Origin: an uncultured Clostridia bacterium
GTDB taxonomy: Bacteria > Bacillota > Clostridia > UBA1212 > UBA1255
Direction of reading: 5' to 3'
Assembly (NCBI GenBank): GCA_947625435.1
Contig: CANQOI010000004.1
Location: forward strand, 1 to 62,095
DNA: 62,095 nt
Within the stretch, counting starts at the first letter, position 1. Each line of letters begins with the position of its first letter. The translations under genes and the position numbers were made by a program. Below the pieces are notes generated by a model. The model did not search any database. It had not been told where the DNA came from and was given only the letters and a program-made list of their open reading frames with translations. Positions 45,106-54,300 of the stretch are shown in pieces.

Positions 45106-46290
45106 GTGGATAAGGTCATACTCGCAAGAATAGGAGAAATAGCGCTTAAAGGACTTAACAGGTCCACATTTGAGCAGAGGCTCGCGCGCAACATGAAGGC
45201 GGCCATGGGAGGCTGCGGAGATTGCTATGTCAGATGGTCGCAGTCGAGATATTACGTGGAGCCGAGGTGCGACGATTTCGATTTTGATAGGGCGCTTGAA
45301 ATGCTCAAGGGCGTTTTCGGACTTGTGTCGGTGAGCCCGGCATTCGTCACGGAATCGGAGATGTCTCATATATCGGGCCTTGCCATAGAGTGCGCCGGGC
45401 GTAAAATATCAGAGCTCAAAGGGCGGGGCATGACGGACATATCATTTAAAGTAGAAACAAAACGCGGGCTTAAGACATTCCCGCTCACATCTCTTCAGGT
45501 CTCGTCCGAAATAGGAGGACAGATATCGGATGCGTTCCCCGAGCTCAAAGTTGATGTGAACGATCCGGATTTCATACTTTATATAGAAGTCAGAGAGAAT
45601 ACATACGTATATACGGATATATATGAGGCTCCGGGCGGTATGCCCACGGGCTCTAACGGCAAAGCGTGCCTTCTCATATCGGGAGGTATAGACAGCCCGG
45701 TCGCGGGATATATGATAGCAAAAAGGGGTGTCAGCATATGTGCCGTGCATTTTTACAGCTATCCTTACACGAGCGAAAGAGCCAAAGATAAGGTGATAGA
45801 GCTCACAAAAACAGTAGGCAGATACTGCGGGGGCATAAAGCTCCTCGTAGTCCCGTATACGGAAGTGCAGCTGGCGATACAGGAGCATTGCAGGGAAGAG
45901 CTCTCCACCGTGATAATGAGAAGATCCATGATGAGGATCGCGGAGAGATGCGCGCGCAAGTACGGATGCTCCGCGCTCGTAACGGGCGAGAGCGTGGGAC
46001 AGGTAGCGAGTCAGACTATGCAGGCGCTGTACTGCACGGACGAGGCCGCAACAATGCCCGTTTTCCGTCCCCTTATAGGCATGGATAAAATGGAGGTCGT
46101 TGAAATAGCCAGAAAGATAGGCACTTTTGAAATGAGCATATTGCCGTACGAGGATTGCTGCACCGTTTTCACGCCGAAGCACCCCAAAACAAGGCCGTCG
46201 CTCAAGGAAGTGCAGGCAGAGGAGCTGAAGGCGGATTTCCCGACCCTTGAAAATGCGGCTTTCGAAGGCATAGAGATAATAAGAGCATAG
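45106..46290 (+). CDS. thiI: tRNA uracil 4-sulfurtransferase ThiI (no rhodanese domain)
   Basis: IGEIALKGLNR (N-terminal ferredoxin-like/THUMP region) and the PP-loop SGGIDSPVAGYM. The start is GTG. Confidence 0.9.
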   Translation: MDKVILARIGEIALKGLNRSTFEQRLARNMKAAMGGCGDCYVRWSQSRYYVEPRCDDFDFDRALEMLKGVFGLVSVSPAFVTESEMSHISGLAIECAGRKISELKGRGMTDISFKVETKRGLKTFPLTSLQVSSEIGGQISDAFPELKVDVNDPDFILYIEVRENTYVYTDIYEAPGGMPTGSNGKACLLISGGIDSPVAGYMIAKRGVSICAVHFYSYPYTSERAKDKVIELTKTVGRYCGGIKLLVVPYTEVQLAIQEHCREELSTVIMRRSMMRIAERCARKYGCSALVTGESVGQVASQTMQALYCTDEAATMPVFRPLIGMDKMEVVEIARKIGTFEMSILPYEDCCTVFTPKHPKTRPSLKEVQAEELKADFPTLENAAFEGIEIIRA

Positions 46291-46330
46291 CAAAAAATGT
46301 AAAAATAAAACTAAACAGGAGGCGTTTGAA

Positions 46331-47554
46331 ATGTATGTAACTTATTGGTACGGACCGCCGGAAAAATTCCTGAACAGCAAAGTGTACGAAGATGTCAAGA
46401 ATGCGGGTTTTACACTTGCAGGGCCCATGGCCAGCGGCGGCGTTACGGTGGAAACGAATCTGAGATTCCTTGACATATGTGCGGAGCAGGGCATGAAGGC
46501 TTGCATATATGACTCAAGGGTGGATGAAGCCATGAAGCTTCACAGGGAAAATGACAAGGCCTGGCGCGAGCGCATAAGATCCGTGACTGAGGATTACAGG
46601 CACCATCCGGCACTTTACAGCTATTACGTACTGGACGAGCCTACGGCTCACCTATTCGGCATGCTGGCCGATATAGTGGCGGCATTCAAAGAATATGATC
46701 CGGAGCATCCGGCATATATAAACCTGCTGCCCAATTATGCCACGATAGAACAGATAGGCACGCCCACGTATTATGACTACGTAAAGGACTTCATAGAAAA
46801 AGTAAAGCCGGCATTCGTGAGCTATGACCACTATCATTTTCTGGAGGTCAGCGCGGACAGCGTGCAGGGACAGGAGGCAGACATAGAGGAGACGGACGAC
46901 GAACGCGAGAACGCCATAAGGCGCTCCGCAATGATAAACATAGACAGGCCGGGCTTCTTTGAAAATCTGGAGATAGTAAGAGAGCTTGCCGAGGCGCACA
47001 ACATACCCTTCATGGTGATAGTACTGCTCATACAGCACGGGCCTTACAGGAACCTAACGGAGGCGGAGCTCCGCTTCGAGGCATTTCAGTCACTGGCATA
47101 CGGCGCTGACATGCTTTCATACTTTACATACTGGACCGTGATAGAGCCTGGTTCCTGGTGGAATTGGCGCAACGGATGCATAAGCTGCGACGGCACCGAG
47201 AAGCTTCAGCATTATTATGACGTTTCAAAAGTGAACCGCGACGTACACGCATACGCGGAATATCTTGACGGTCGCAAGCTTGTAAAGGTGACGCACGTAG
47301 GCAAAATAAATGACAAGGTAGAATACTTTACGGGTAATATATGCTCGGAGTCGCCCGTACAGCTCACTATAGGAGAATTTGAGGGCGGCTACACGGTCAT
47401 AGCGAATAAGGACATATCGGGAAAAGCCGTTTTCAGAGCAGACATAGCGCGCGGCGCCGCAAGACTTGATACGGAAAGCGGAGAATTCAGAGAGCTTCCG
47501 GACGGAGAGATCGTATTGGAGGCCGGAGACATGGCGCTCATAAGGCGCCTGTGA
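46331..47554 (+). CDS. Hypothetical protein, possibly a clan GH-A-like TIM-barrel glycoside hydrolase
   Basis: There is no signal peptide. HPALYSYYVLDEPT resembles the NEP-type acid/base strand of clan GH-A. The context is sugar genes. The assignment is weak. Confidence 0.3.
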   Translation: MYVTYWYGPPEKFLNSKVYEDVKNAGFTLAGPMASGGVTVETNLRFLDICAEQGMKACIYDSRVDEAMKLHRENDKAWRERIRSVTEDYRHHPALYSYYVLDEPTAHLFGMLADIVAAFKEYDPEHPAYINLLPNYATIEQIGTPTYYDYVKDFIEKVKPAFVSYDHYHFLEVSADSVQGQEADIEETDDERENAIRRSAMINIDRPGFFENLEIVRELAEAHNIPFMVIVLLIQHGPYRNLTEAELRFEAFQSLAYGADMLSYFTYWTVIEPGSWWNWRNGCISCDGTEKLQHYYDVSKVNRDVHAYAEYLDGRKLVKVTHVGKINDKVEYFTGNICSESPVQLTIGEFEGGYTVIANKDISGKAVFRADIARGAARLDTESGEFRELPDGEIVLEAGDMALIRRL

Positions 47555-47570
47555 GCAGGGAGGAAAAACA

Positions 47571-48554
47571 ATGTTTAACTATTCAGTAATTTTGGGCAAT
47601 GTAGGTCAGTGCTCGGACAGATACATGACTTGCGGCTATGACAGGCCCTTTGAGCTTCCGGAGCTTTTTGAGAGAGTGGCATCGATACCGGGAGTCACGG
47701 GCGTGGAATATATAGGAAATTGGCACTTGTCCGACAAGACTGTTCATCAGATAAGCGATCTGCAGAAGCAGTACGGCCTGCGCGCGGTCGCTGTAATACC
47801 GGATCATTTCGGAACACCCATATGGGGCAAGGGCGCATTCACGGCTCCGGATAAGGATGTGCGTAAGGCGGCGGTAGCCGAGACACTTAAAACTGCGGAG
47901 CTTGCAAGGGAGATAGGCTGTCCTATCATAAGCATATGGAACGGACAGGACGGCTACGACTACCCGCTGCAGGCCGATTACATAAATGCGGGACAGTGGC
48001 TTGCCGAGGGACTCGGAGAATGCTGCACGCTGGCGCCCGACATGAAGATATCGCTTGAATACAAGCCCAAGGAGCCGAGGAACCACTGCTTCATACCCAA
48101 TGTGTGGTCGGCTCTTACACTGATCGCCGAGTCCGGCGTTCCCAACATGGGCATCACCATAGACGTAGGCCACTCGCTTGAGGCATATGAGAACGTATCG
48201 GAGGCCGTATGCGCCGCCATGTCGCGCGGTAAGATGTTCCATTTCCACATGAACGACAACTGGAGACTCTGGGACGACGATATGATAGCCGGCTCCGTAC
48301 ACACCATAGAATTCATAGAAATGTTCTATTGGCTCAAAAAGCTGGACTACACGGGCTTCATATCCACGGATCAGTATCCGTACCGCGAAAACAGCAGGGA
48401 CGCCGTTGCCCAGACCGTGAAATGGATGCAGACATTTGAGAGGATAGCGGATGAGATAGATATGGATGAAGTACAGGCGATACTTGACAGAAACGATGCC
48501 GTGGCTTCCAACGAATATCTGAGACGCCTCATGTTCGGCCGCTTCGGCATATGA
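47571..48554 (+). CDS. Sugar phosphate isomerase/epimerase (xylose-isomerase-like TIM barrel)
   Basis: SLEYKPKEPR, IDVGHS and HFHMNDN metal-ligand motifs typical of the AP_endonuc_2/xylose-isomerase-like family. Confidence 0.7.
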   Translation: MFNYSVILGNVGQCSDRYMTCGYDRPFELPELFERVASIPGVTGVEYIGNWHLSDKTVHQISDLQKQYGLRAVAVIPDHFGTPIWGKGAFTAPDKDVRKAAVAETLKTAELAREIGCPIISIWNGQDGYDYPLQADYINAGQWLAEGLGECCTLAPDMKISLEYKPKEPRNHCFIPNVWSALTLIAESGVPNMGITIDVGHSLEAYENVSEAVCAAMSRGKMFHFHMNDNWRLWDDDMIAGSVHTIEFIEMFYWLKKLDYTGFISTDQYPYRENSRDAVAQTVKWMQTFERIADEIDMDEVQAILDRNDAVASNEYLRRLMFGRFGI

Positions 48555-48610
48555 TATTTCCGCCGCGATACGGAGCACACTGTTATACTTTGTAAAATAA
48601 CGTAAATAAT

Positions 48611-48659
48611 AACCTCGTCACACGTAAAAGTATTTATGATGTGAGGAGGTTATTTTTAT
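48611..48659 (+). terminator. Rho-independent terminator after the isomerase gene
   Basis: AACCTCGTCACA (48611-48622) pairs with TGTGAGGAGGTT (48640-48651) with one mismatch, followed by ATTTTTAT. The 3' arm contains GAGGAGG. Confidence 0.55.
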
Positions 48660-48789
48660 ACGTACTCATACGATACCCGAATATATAAAGCACGCGGCCG
48701 CAACAGCCGAAAAGCACCGCACCGGAAAATATGCGCCCTGCCGCCTGCCTGACGTACGGAAATGCGCCGACATCATAAGCAGAACGTAT

Positions 48790-51700
48790 ATGCGCATTGA
48801 CGGCGGCGACAGCCGCATCATACCGTCTGATGAGTGGATAGCCGACAATCATCATATAATAGAGGAGGCCGCGGAAGCGGCGGTAAATGAGAAATATCCG
48901 AGATCCTTATACGGAAGGGCGGATATATCGAGAGCATATGAGATAGCCTCTGAAATAGTCGGGCATACGGACGGTAAAGTGACGGAAACGGAGATAACGG
49001 ATTTCGTATCCGCCTATGAAAAGGTAAGGCCGCTCAACGAAGCGGAGCTTTCTGTACTGAAGAGCATGCTGAGGCTGGCTCTCATAGAAAGACTTTCCGA
49101 TATATGCGTATCCTCCGATTCTATATACAGGGACAGGAAAGAATGCACACGCATATTCAAGGAATATATGTCGTATATGCCGTATTCGGAGAGCAGTGAG
49201 AGAGAACAGAAAAGGTCGGCGGATATTTTATTCGAAAACGAAGAAATGCTGAGGCCCGTGTTTGCCGAAACGGTCCTGAGACTGTATGCGGAGCGTGAGG
49301 ACAACGGCGGAGACGCCGTGCGCGAAGCGCTGTCAAGAAGACTGGCGGCAAAGGGCACGACAGTAGACGCTGTGATAGCAAGAGCGCATGAAATGCGCAT
49401 TTCACTCGGCGTTTCGGCCGGCAATGCCGTAAAAAGCCTTCAGGGTCTTTCATCGCTTGACTGGGACGGCATGATGTCGGAGCTGTGCGTCACGGAGCAG
49501 ATACTTAACGGCGACCCGGCGGGCATATTCGGCCGCATGACGCCGGAAACAAGGGCCGAATATGTAAGGCTTGCAAGAGTATGCGCGCGCAGGAGAGGCG
49601 AAACGCCCGAGGAGTTTGCGCTCTATGCGGCCTCGGCGGCAGCAGAGGCCGCGCAAAGGGGCGCCTCGGAGTGCGAGTGCCATGTAGGCAGATATATATA
49701 CGACGAGTATACAAAGAAAAACGAATTCAGACCGTTCAGATACATGTTTGCCTTTATAACGCTGATACTCGCGTTCTGCCCCGCGGTGTATGCGTGGAGA
49801 GAGTGCATTGACGGGCACTCGCTCATAGGCGTACTGCCTGCCGCGGTAATAACGGCGCTCATACTTACAGTGAGCATGGGCCTTGCACTGACAGCGGCCC
49901 AGAACATATTCATGGAAAGAAGAATGCCCTTCCGGCTCCCGGCTCTCGACTTTCAAGGAAAGCTCCCCGAGGGCCTCCGCATAATGACAGTCATACCGTG
50001 CATTTTAAGCACCGAGGAGCACACAGACGAGATAATGCGTGAAATAGAAGCCGCCGCATGGGCGAATCCCCAGGAGGGCATATATTACACCGTGCTTGCG
50101 GACCTGCCCGAGTCGGATACGAGAACGCGTCCGGAGGACGCCCGCGCGCAGGAATACGCAAGAAAGCTCACAGACAGTCTCAACCGGAGGTTCATGCGCA
50201 TACGCGGCACGGACGAAGAATTGTTCCACATACTCATAAGAGGGCGCGTATTTTACGAGAAAGACAAAAAGTGGAGGGGATACGAAAGAAAGCGCGGAGC
50301 ACTGACTGAGCTGAACAGAGCCGTTATAAACGGAACGCTGCCCCGCGTCGATTATGTGCTCACGGTGGATGAGGGCACCGTAATACCCGTAAATACAGCC
50401 GTGTCTCTGGCACAGATAATGCATCATCCTCTCAATCGCCCCGAGGTCACATATATAGGCGCGGAGCCTGTCGTGACGAAGGGCTATGCCATACTCCAGC
50501 CCGCCATGAGCCATTCCGGGCTTGACAGAGAAAATGCGACATTATTTGAGAAAATATATTCGGACGACTCCGGATATGACTCGTATCAGAGCAGAACGTC
50601 CGATTTTTATTTTGATATATGCCATGAGGGGATCTACACGGGAAAAGGAATGTACGATCCGTACATTTTTAACGGCATACTGGAAGGCAGGTTCAAAGAA
50701 GACAGCATACTGAGCCACGATCTTCTGGAGGGCTCGTATCTTAGGACGGGCTTCGCATCAGGCATACACCTTTACGAGAATTTCCCGAAGAGTCTTGCGG
50801 GCCATTCCGCGAGACTCCACAGGTGGCTGAGGGGAGACTGGCAGCTGCTTCCTTTTATGGGCAGGCGCTTTGAGGACGCAAAGTCGGCAATGCGTAAAAA
50901 TCCACTCAACGCATATTCTCTCTTTAAAATGCGTATGAACATTTTACGGGGAGTGATGCCCTGCGCTGCGCTGCTCCTTCTTTTTGCGGGCATTTATCTC
51001 GTAAGGAGACTCACGCCCATGTGGGTAATGATAACAGTCATATATGCCGCCGCCACGGCGGGAGGCGGCAGCGTGCCCGTAAGGCTGCTGCGCGGCTTCT
51101 TTAATATACTGTTCCTGCCGCACGCGGCATACTGTCATGCAGACGCGGCCGTAAGAGCCCTGTGGCGCACATACAGGAGCAGAAAAAACATGCTCGAATG
51201 GGTCGTGTCCACCGATACCGGCGGCAGAACCTGCGATTCTCCTTCGTATTATTGCAGGCTCATGTGGCCCTGCTTTGCGGCGGCGGCAGCGGCGGCGCCC
51301 TTCATGTACGGCATTCCGAGCGTTCTGTGGATAACGGCTCCCTTTGCCGCGTATATCATATCGCACAGACCCGTTTCACGCGGTAAAAGACACGCATATG
51401 TGCCGGATGAGATATCCGTTCGTAAAATGCGTTTCACGGCGCGTAAAATATGGGCGTTTTACGAGGATCTGGCGGGAAAGGAGGAAAATCATCTGCCTCC
51501 CGACAACGTGCAGTTCTCGCCCGTGTACTCGGTGGCGCACAGGACTTCGCCCACGAATATAGGATTTCTCATAATATCCGTCATCATATCGCACCGGTTC
51601 GGATATATATCGAAGGCTGAAATGATATCACGTCTTTCGGACATAACGGATACGCTGTGCAGGACGGAAAAATGGAACGGGCATCTGCTCAATTGGTACG

Positions 51701-54270
51701 ACACGACAACGCTGGAGCCGTTGGAACCGAGATACGTATCAAGCGTGGACAGCGGCAATCTGTGCGCGTGCCTCCTTACGGCCGCCTCGTATCTGAGCGG
51801 CGGCGCATGCGGCGCAGAGGGTAAGGACCGGCTTTTTGAGGAGGCGGAGGGCATGCTCGATACTGTCTACTGCCTCAATGCGCTGGCGGACGAGGACGGC
51901 AAGGTGGACGAAAGACCGCTCGAAAAGCTCTTGAGCCGCGACGCCTCCGAAAACGAATTCAGGGCGGTGATAGATCATTACAGGGAAAGCCTCCGTGAAA
52001 GAGCCGGCGAGAACGCGGGCGCGCATTCACTGAGGCTCGCGCTCATGCGCACGGCGGAAAGACTGGGCAAAAAGCTCGGCGGCGCAACGGAATGCGGGAA
52101 TGAAAGCGCTCTTAAAGAGACGGCCTTCAGGATGGCGGACTTGGCGCTTAAAATGGATTTCGGAGCGCTCTACGATAAAAAAAGAAGACAGCTCCGTATA
52201 GGTTACAATTGCTCGGAGAGCAGATTCTCGGATTCGTATTACGACATGCTCATGTCGGAAGCGAGGCTCACATCGTATGCGGCAATGGCAAAGGGCGACA
52301 TAGGAGAGGAGCATTTCGTATCCCTTGCGCGCAGGTGGAACGGGAAAGGCACAATGCTGCTATCGTGGTCGGGCACCGTTTTCGAATATATGATGCCCGA
52401 GCTCTTCATGCCTTCGCCCTGCGGCTCCGCACTTTCTGTGTCGGTGAGTGAAATGCTGGATACGGAAATAAAAGGCGCGCCTCCGGACACTCCCTGGGGC
52501 ATATCGGAATCGGGCTACAATGTGCCCGATATAAACATGAATTACAAATACAAGGCCTTCGGCATGAAGGAGCTGGCGGTAAAGAGGATACAGGGCTCCG
52601 AGCATGTGACGGCGCCCTACGCTTCATTGATGTCCTGCGCTCACAGACCGTTGGAGGTCATAAAAAACATGGATCTTATGGCCCAAAAGGGCGCGCTCGG
52701 GCGGTACGGATTCTATGAAGCGCTGGATGATACGCCGGGTCGCAGGGGCATCGTGGAAAGCTTTATGGCCCACCATCTCGGAATGTCGCTCTGCGGCATA
52801 GCGAACACGCTGTTTGACGGCATGATATCGAAGGCGTTTTCGGAAATGCCCATGATGAGGAGCATAAGAGTCATATTGACCGAGAAGCATGCGCCGCATG
52901 TAAAACGGGCAATGCGTGCAAAGCAGAGATTGCACAGGCGCGGGCGCGGGCAGGGTGAGATAGGAAAGAACGCGCCCGCCCCGAAGGCAGAGAGCGAAGC
53001 CGCTCTCATATACGGCCGCGACGCCGAAGTGCTCTCAAACGGCAGATACAGCGCCGTTTTAAACGGCTCGGGAGGCGGCTATTCAATGCTTGACGGCATT
53101 TTACTGAACGTAAAACGCATGGGCGGCGAATGCCGCGGCACGGTATTTTACCTTAACGGCAAGGCGCTCTCTCCCGTAAAATGCGTGCACGACTCCGGTA
53201 AAACGGAGTATACGTACTACACCGGGACAGCCGATGTGACACAGACAGTGTGCGTATTTCAGAACGCGGACGCGGAGCTGAGGAAGATACGCATCACGAA
53301 CAACACGGAAAATGCGAGGCTTTACAATATAACGGCATATACGGAAATAATGCTGGCATCTCAGGCGGCATACGAGGCGCACCCTTCGTATTCGAACATG
53401 TTCGTGACCACAAGGGCGCGCACAGACATCGCGGGAATGCCCTTAGTCCTCACGGCGGAAAGAAGGAGGCATTCTCCGGAGGAAAAGCGCCTTACGGCAT
53501 ACTGCGCCCTGAGAAACCCCGATAAGGACGGCAAAAACACGGAAAACGTTATGTACGACACTGACATACTGAGCTTCACGGGAAGGAACAGAAGCCCGGA
53601 GAAACCCGAGGTGTTCGAGAAAGACGGTGCGGGAGAGGACGTGCTCCTTTCTATGAACACGGGCACGGTACTGAACCCCTGCTTTGCGGTGAACGCGGAA
53701 GTGCGGGTCGGTGCGGGAGAGAGCGCGGAGATAGAACTCATATTCGGTATGAGCGCGGGCGGCCCGGAGGAGGCCTGTGATGTATCGGAGAAGCTTGACG
53801 AGAGCGGCAGGGCTTTTGAGCTGGCAAGGACAAGGAGCATAATAGAAAACGAGCATATATCGCTGCGTAAGGGCGACACGGCATATTTCAGGAGCTTTTC
53901 GTCAAAGCTGCTGTACGGCAGAAAAAGCTGCCCGGAGGCGCTCCGTAAAAAGCTGTGGAGCTTCGGCATATCCGGAGACAATCCCATAATAACGGTCATG
54001 CTGCGCCGTACCGAAAATGCGGCGAGGCTCGAAAAGATAGTGAGAATGTGGTGCTTCTACAGCTTCAGAGGCATGAAAACAGACATGGTGATAGCAGTCT
54101 TTGACAATTCGGACTATATGAGTCCAGTAAGGGAGCTGGCGGGAAGCGTGGCGTCGAAGGCTATGTGGGGATATTTCACGGTGCGGGGAGACATTTTCGT
54201 AATAGCGCCGAAGGACTCCGAAAGCGCGGTGCCGCTCATAGAGAGCGCGAATGTCGTTTTCTGGCTGTGA
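48790..54270 (+). CDS. Cyclic beta-1,2-glucan synthase-like protein, N-terminal part (N-domain + GT84 + TM block + glucoamylase-like/cyclisation region + first GH94-N-like module)
   Basis: DEWIADNHHIIEE, the GT84-type SHDLLEGSYLR..RLHRWLRGDWQLLPF, multiple TM helices, and an alpha/alpha-barrel-like region (YVSSVDSGNL.., GISESGYN.., GFYEALD). The conserved-looking coding sequence seems to extend upstream of the first ATG. Confidence 0.7.
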   Translation: MRIDGGDSRIIPSDEWIADNHHIIEEAAEAAVNEKYPRSLYGRADISRAYEIASEIVGHTDGKVTETEITDFVSAYEKVRPLNEAELSVLKSMLRLALIERLSDICVSSDSIYRDRKECTRIFKEYMSYMPYSESSEREQKRSADILFENEEMLRPVFAETVLRLYAEREDNGGDAVREALSRRLAAKGTTVDAVIARAHEMRISLGVSAGNAVKSLQGLSSLDWDGMMSELCVTEQILNGDPAGIFGRMTPETRAEYVRLARVCARRRGETPEEFALYAASAAAEAAQRGASECECHVGRYIYDEYTKKNEFRPFRYMFAFITLILAFCPAVYAWRECIDGHSLIGVLPAAVITALILTVSMGLALTAAQNIFMERRMPFRLPALDFQGKLPEGLRIMTVIPCILSTEEHTDEIMREIEAAAWANPQEGIYYTVLADLPESDTRTRPEDARAQEYARKLTDSLNRRFMRIRGTDEELFHILIRGRVFYEKDKKWRGYERKRGALTELNRAVINGTLPRVDYVLTVDEGTVIPVNTAVSLAQIMHHPLNRPEVTYIGAEPVVTKGYAILQPAMSHSGLDRENATLFEKIYSDDSGYDSYQSRTSDFYFDICHEGIYTGKGMYDPYIFNGILEGRFKEDSILSHDLLEGSYLRTGFASGIHLYENFPKSLAGHSARLHRWLRGDWQLLPFMGRRFEDAKSAMRKNPLNAYSLFKMRMNILRGVMPCAALLLLFAGIYLVRRLTPMWVMITVIYAAATAGGGSVPVRLLRGFFNILFLPHAAYCHADAAVRALWRTYRSRKNMLEWVVSTDTGGRTCDSPSYYCRLMWPCFAAAAAAAPFMYGIPSVLWITAPFAAYIISHRPVSRGKRHAYVPDEISVRKMRFTARKIWAFYEDLAGKEENHLPPDNVQFSPVYSVAHRTSPTNIGFLIISVIISHRFGYISKAEMISRLSDITDTLCRTEKWNGHLLNWYDTTTLEPLEPRYVSSVDSGNLCACLLTAASYLSGGACGAEGKDRLFEEAEGMLDTVYCLNALADEDGKVDERPLEKLLSRDASENEFRAVIDHYRESLRERAGENAGAHSLRLALMRTAERLGKKLGGATECGNESALKETAFRMADLALKMDFGALYDKKRRQLRIGYNCSESRFSDSYYDMLMSEARLTSYAAMAKGDIGEEHFVSLARRWNGKGTMLLSWSGTVFEYMMPELFMPSPCGSALSVSVSEMLDTEIKGAPPDTPWGISESGYNVPDINMNYKYKAFGMKELAVKRIQGSEHVTAPYASLMSCAHRPLEVIKNMDLMAQKGALGRYGFYEALDDTPGRRGIVESFMAHHLGMSLCGIANTLFDGMISKAFSEMPMMRSIRVILTEKHAPHVKRAMRAKQRLHRRGRGQGEIGKNAPAPKAESEAALIYGRDAEVLSNGRYSAVLNGSGGGYSMLDGILLNVKRMGGECRGTVFYLNGKALSPVKCVHDSGKTEYTYYTGTADVTQTVCVFQNADAELRKIRITNNTENARLYNITAYTEIMLASQAAYEAHPSYSNMFVTTRARTDIAGMPLVLTAERRRHSPEEKRLTAYCALRNPDKDGKNTENVMYDTDILSFTGRNRSPEKPEVFEKDGAGEDVLLSMNTGTVLNPCFAVNAEVRVGAGESAEIELIFGMSAGGPEEACDVSEKLDESGRAFELARTRSIIENEHISLRKGDTAYFRSFSSKLLYGRKSCPEALRKKLWSFGISGDNPIITVMLRRTENAARLEKIVRMWCFYSFRGMKTDMVIAVFDNSDYMSPVRELAGSVASKAMWGYFTVRGDIFVIAPKDSESAVPLIESANVVFWL

Positions 54271-54300
54271 ACAGCGCTGAGATCGCGGGAGAATGACTGA

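Noticed and set aside
48643-48660. GAGGAGG, considered as the ribosome-binding site for an upstream-extended glucan synthase start
   Set aside because: The motif is the 3' arm of a 12-bp terminator hairpin, and no ATG, GTG or TTG follows in frame. It is kept only as a hypothesis in a finding, not annotated as a start.
54268-54300. TGA recoding (Trp, Gly or selenocysteine) as an explanation for the split synthase
   Set aside because: TGA is used as an ordinary stop by many well-supported genes in this window (for example abiEi, the pfkB kinase, the lyxose isomerase and the PAP2 phosphatase). No SECIS-like hairpin is evident after either TGA.
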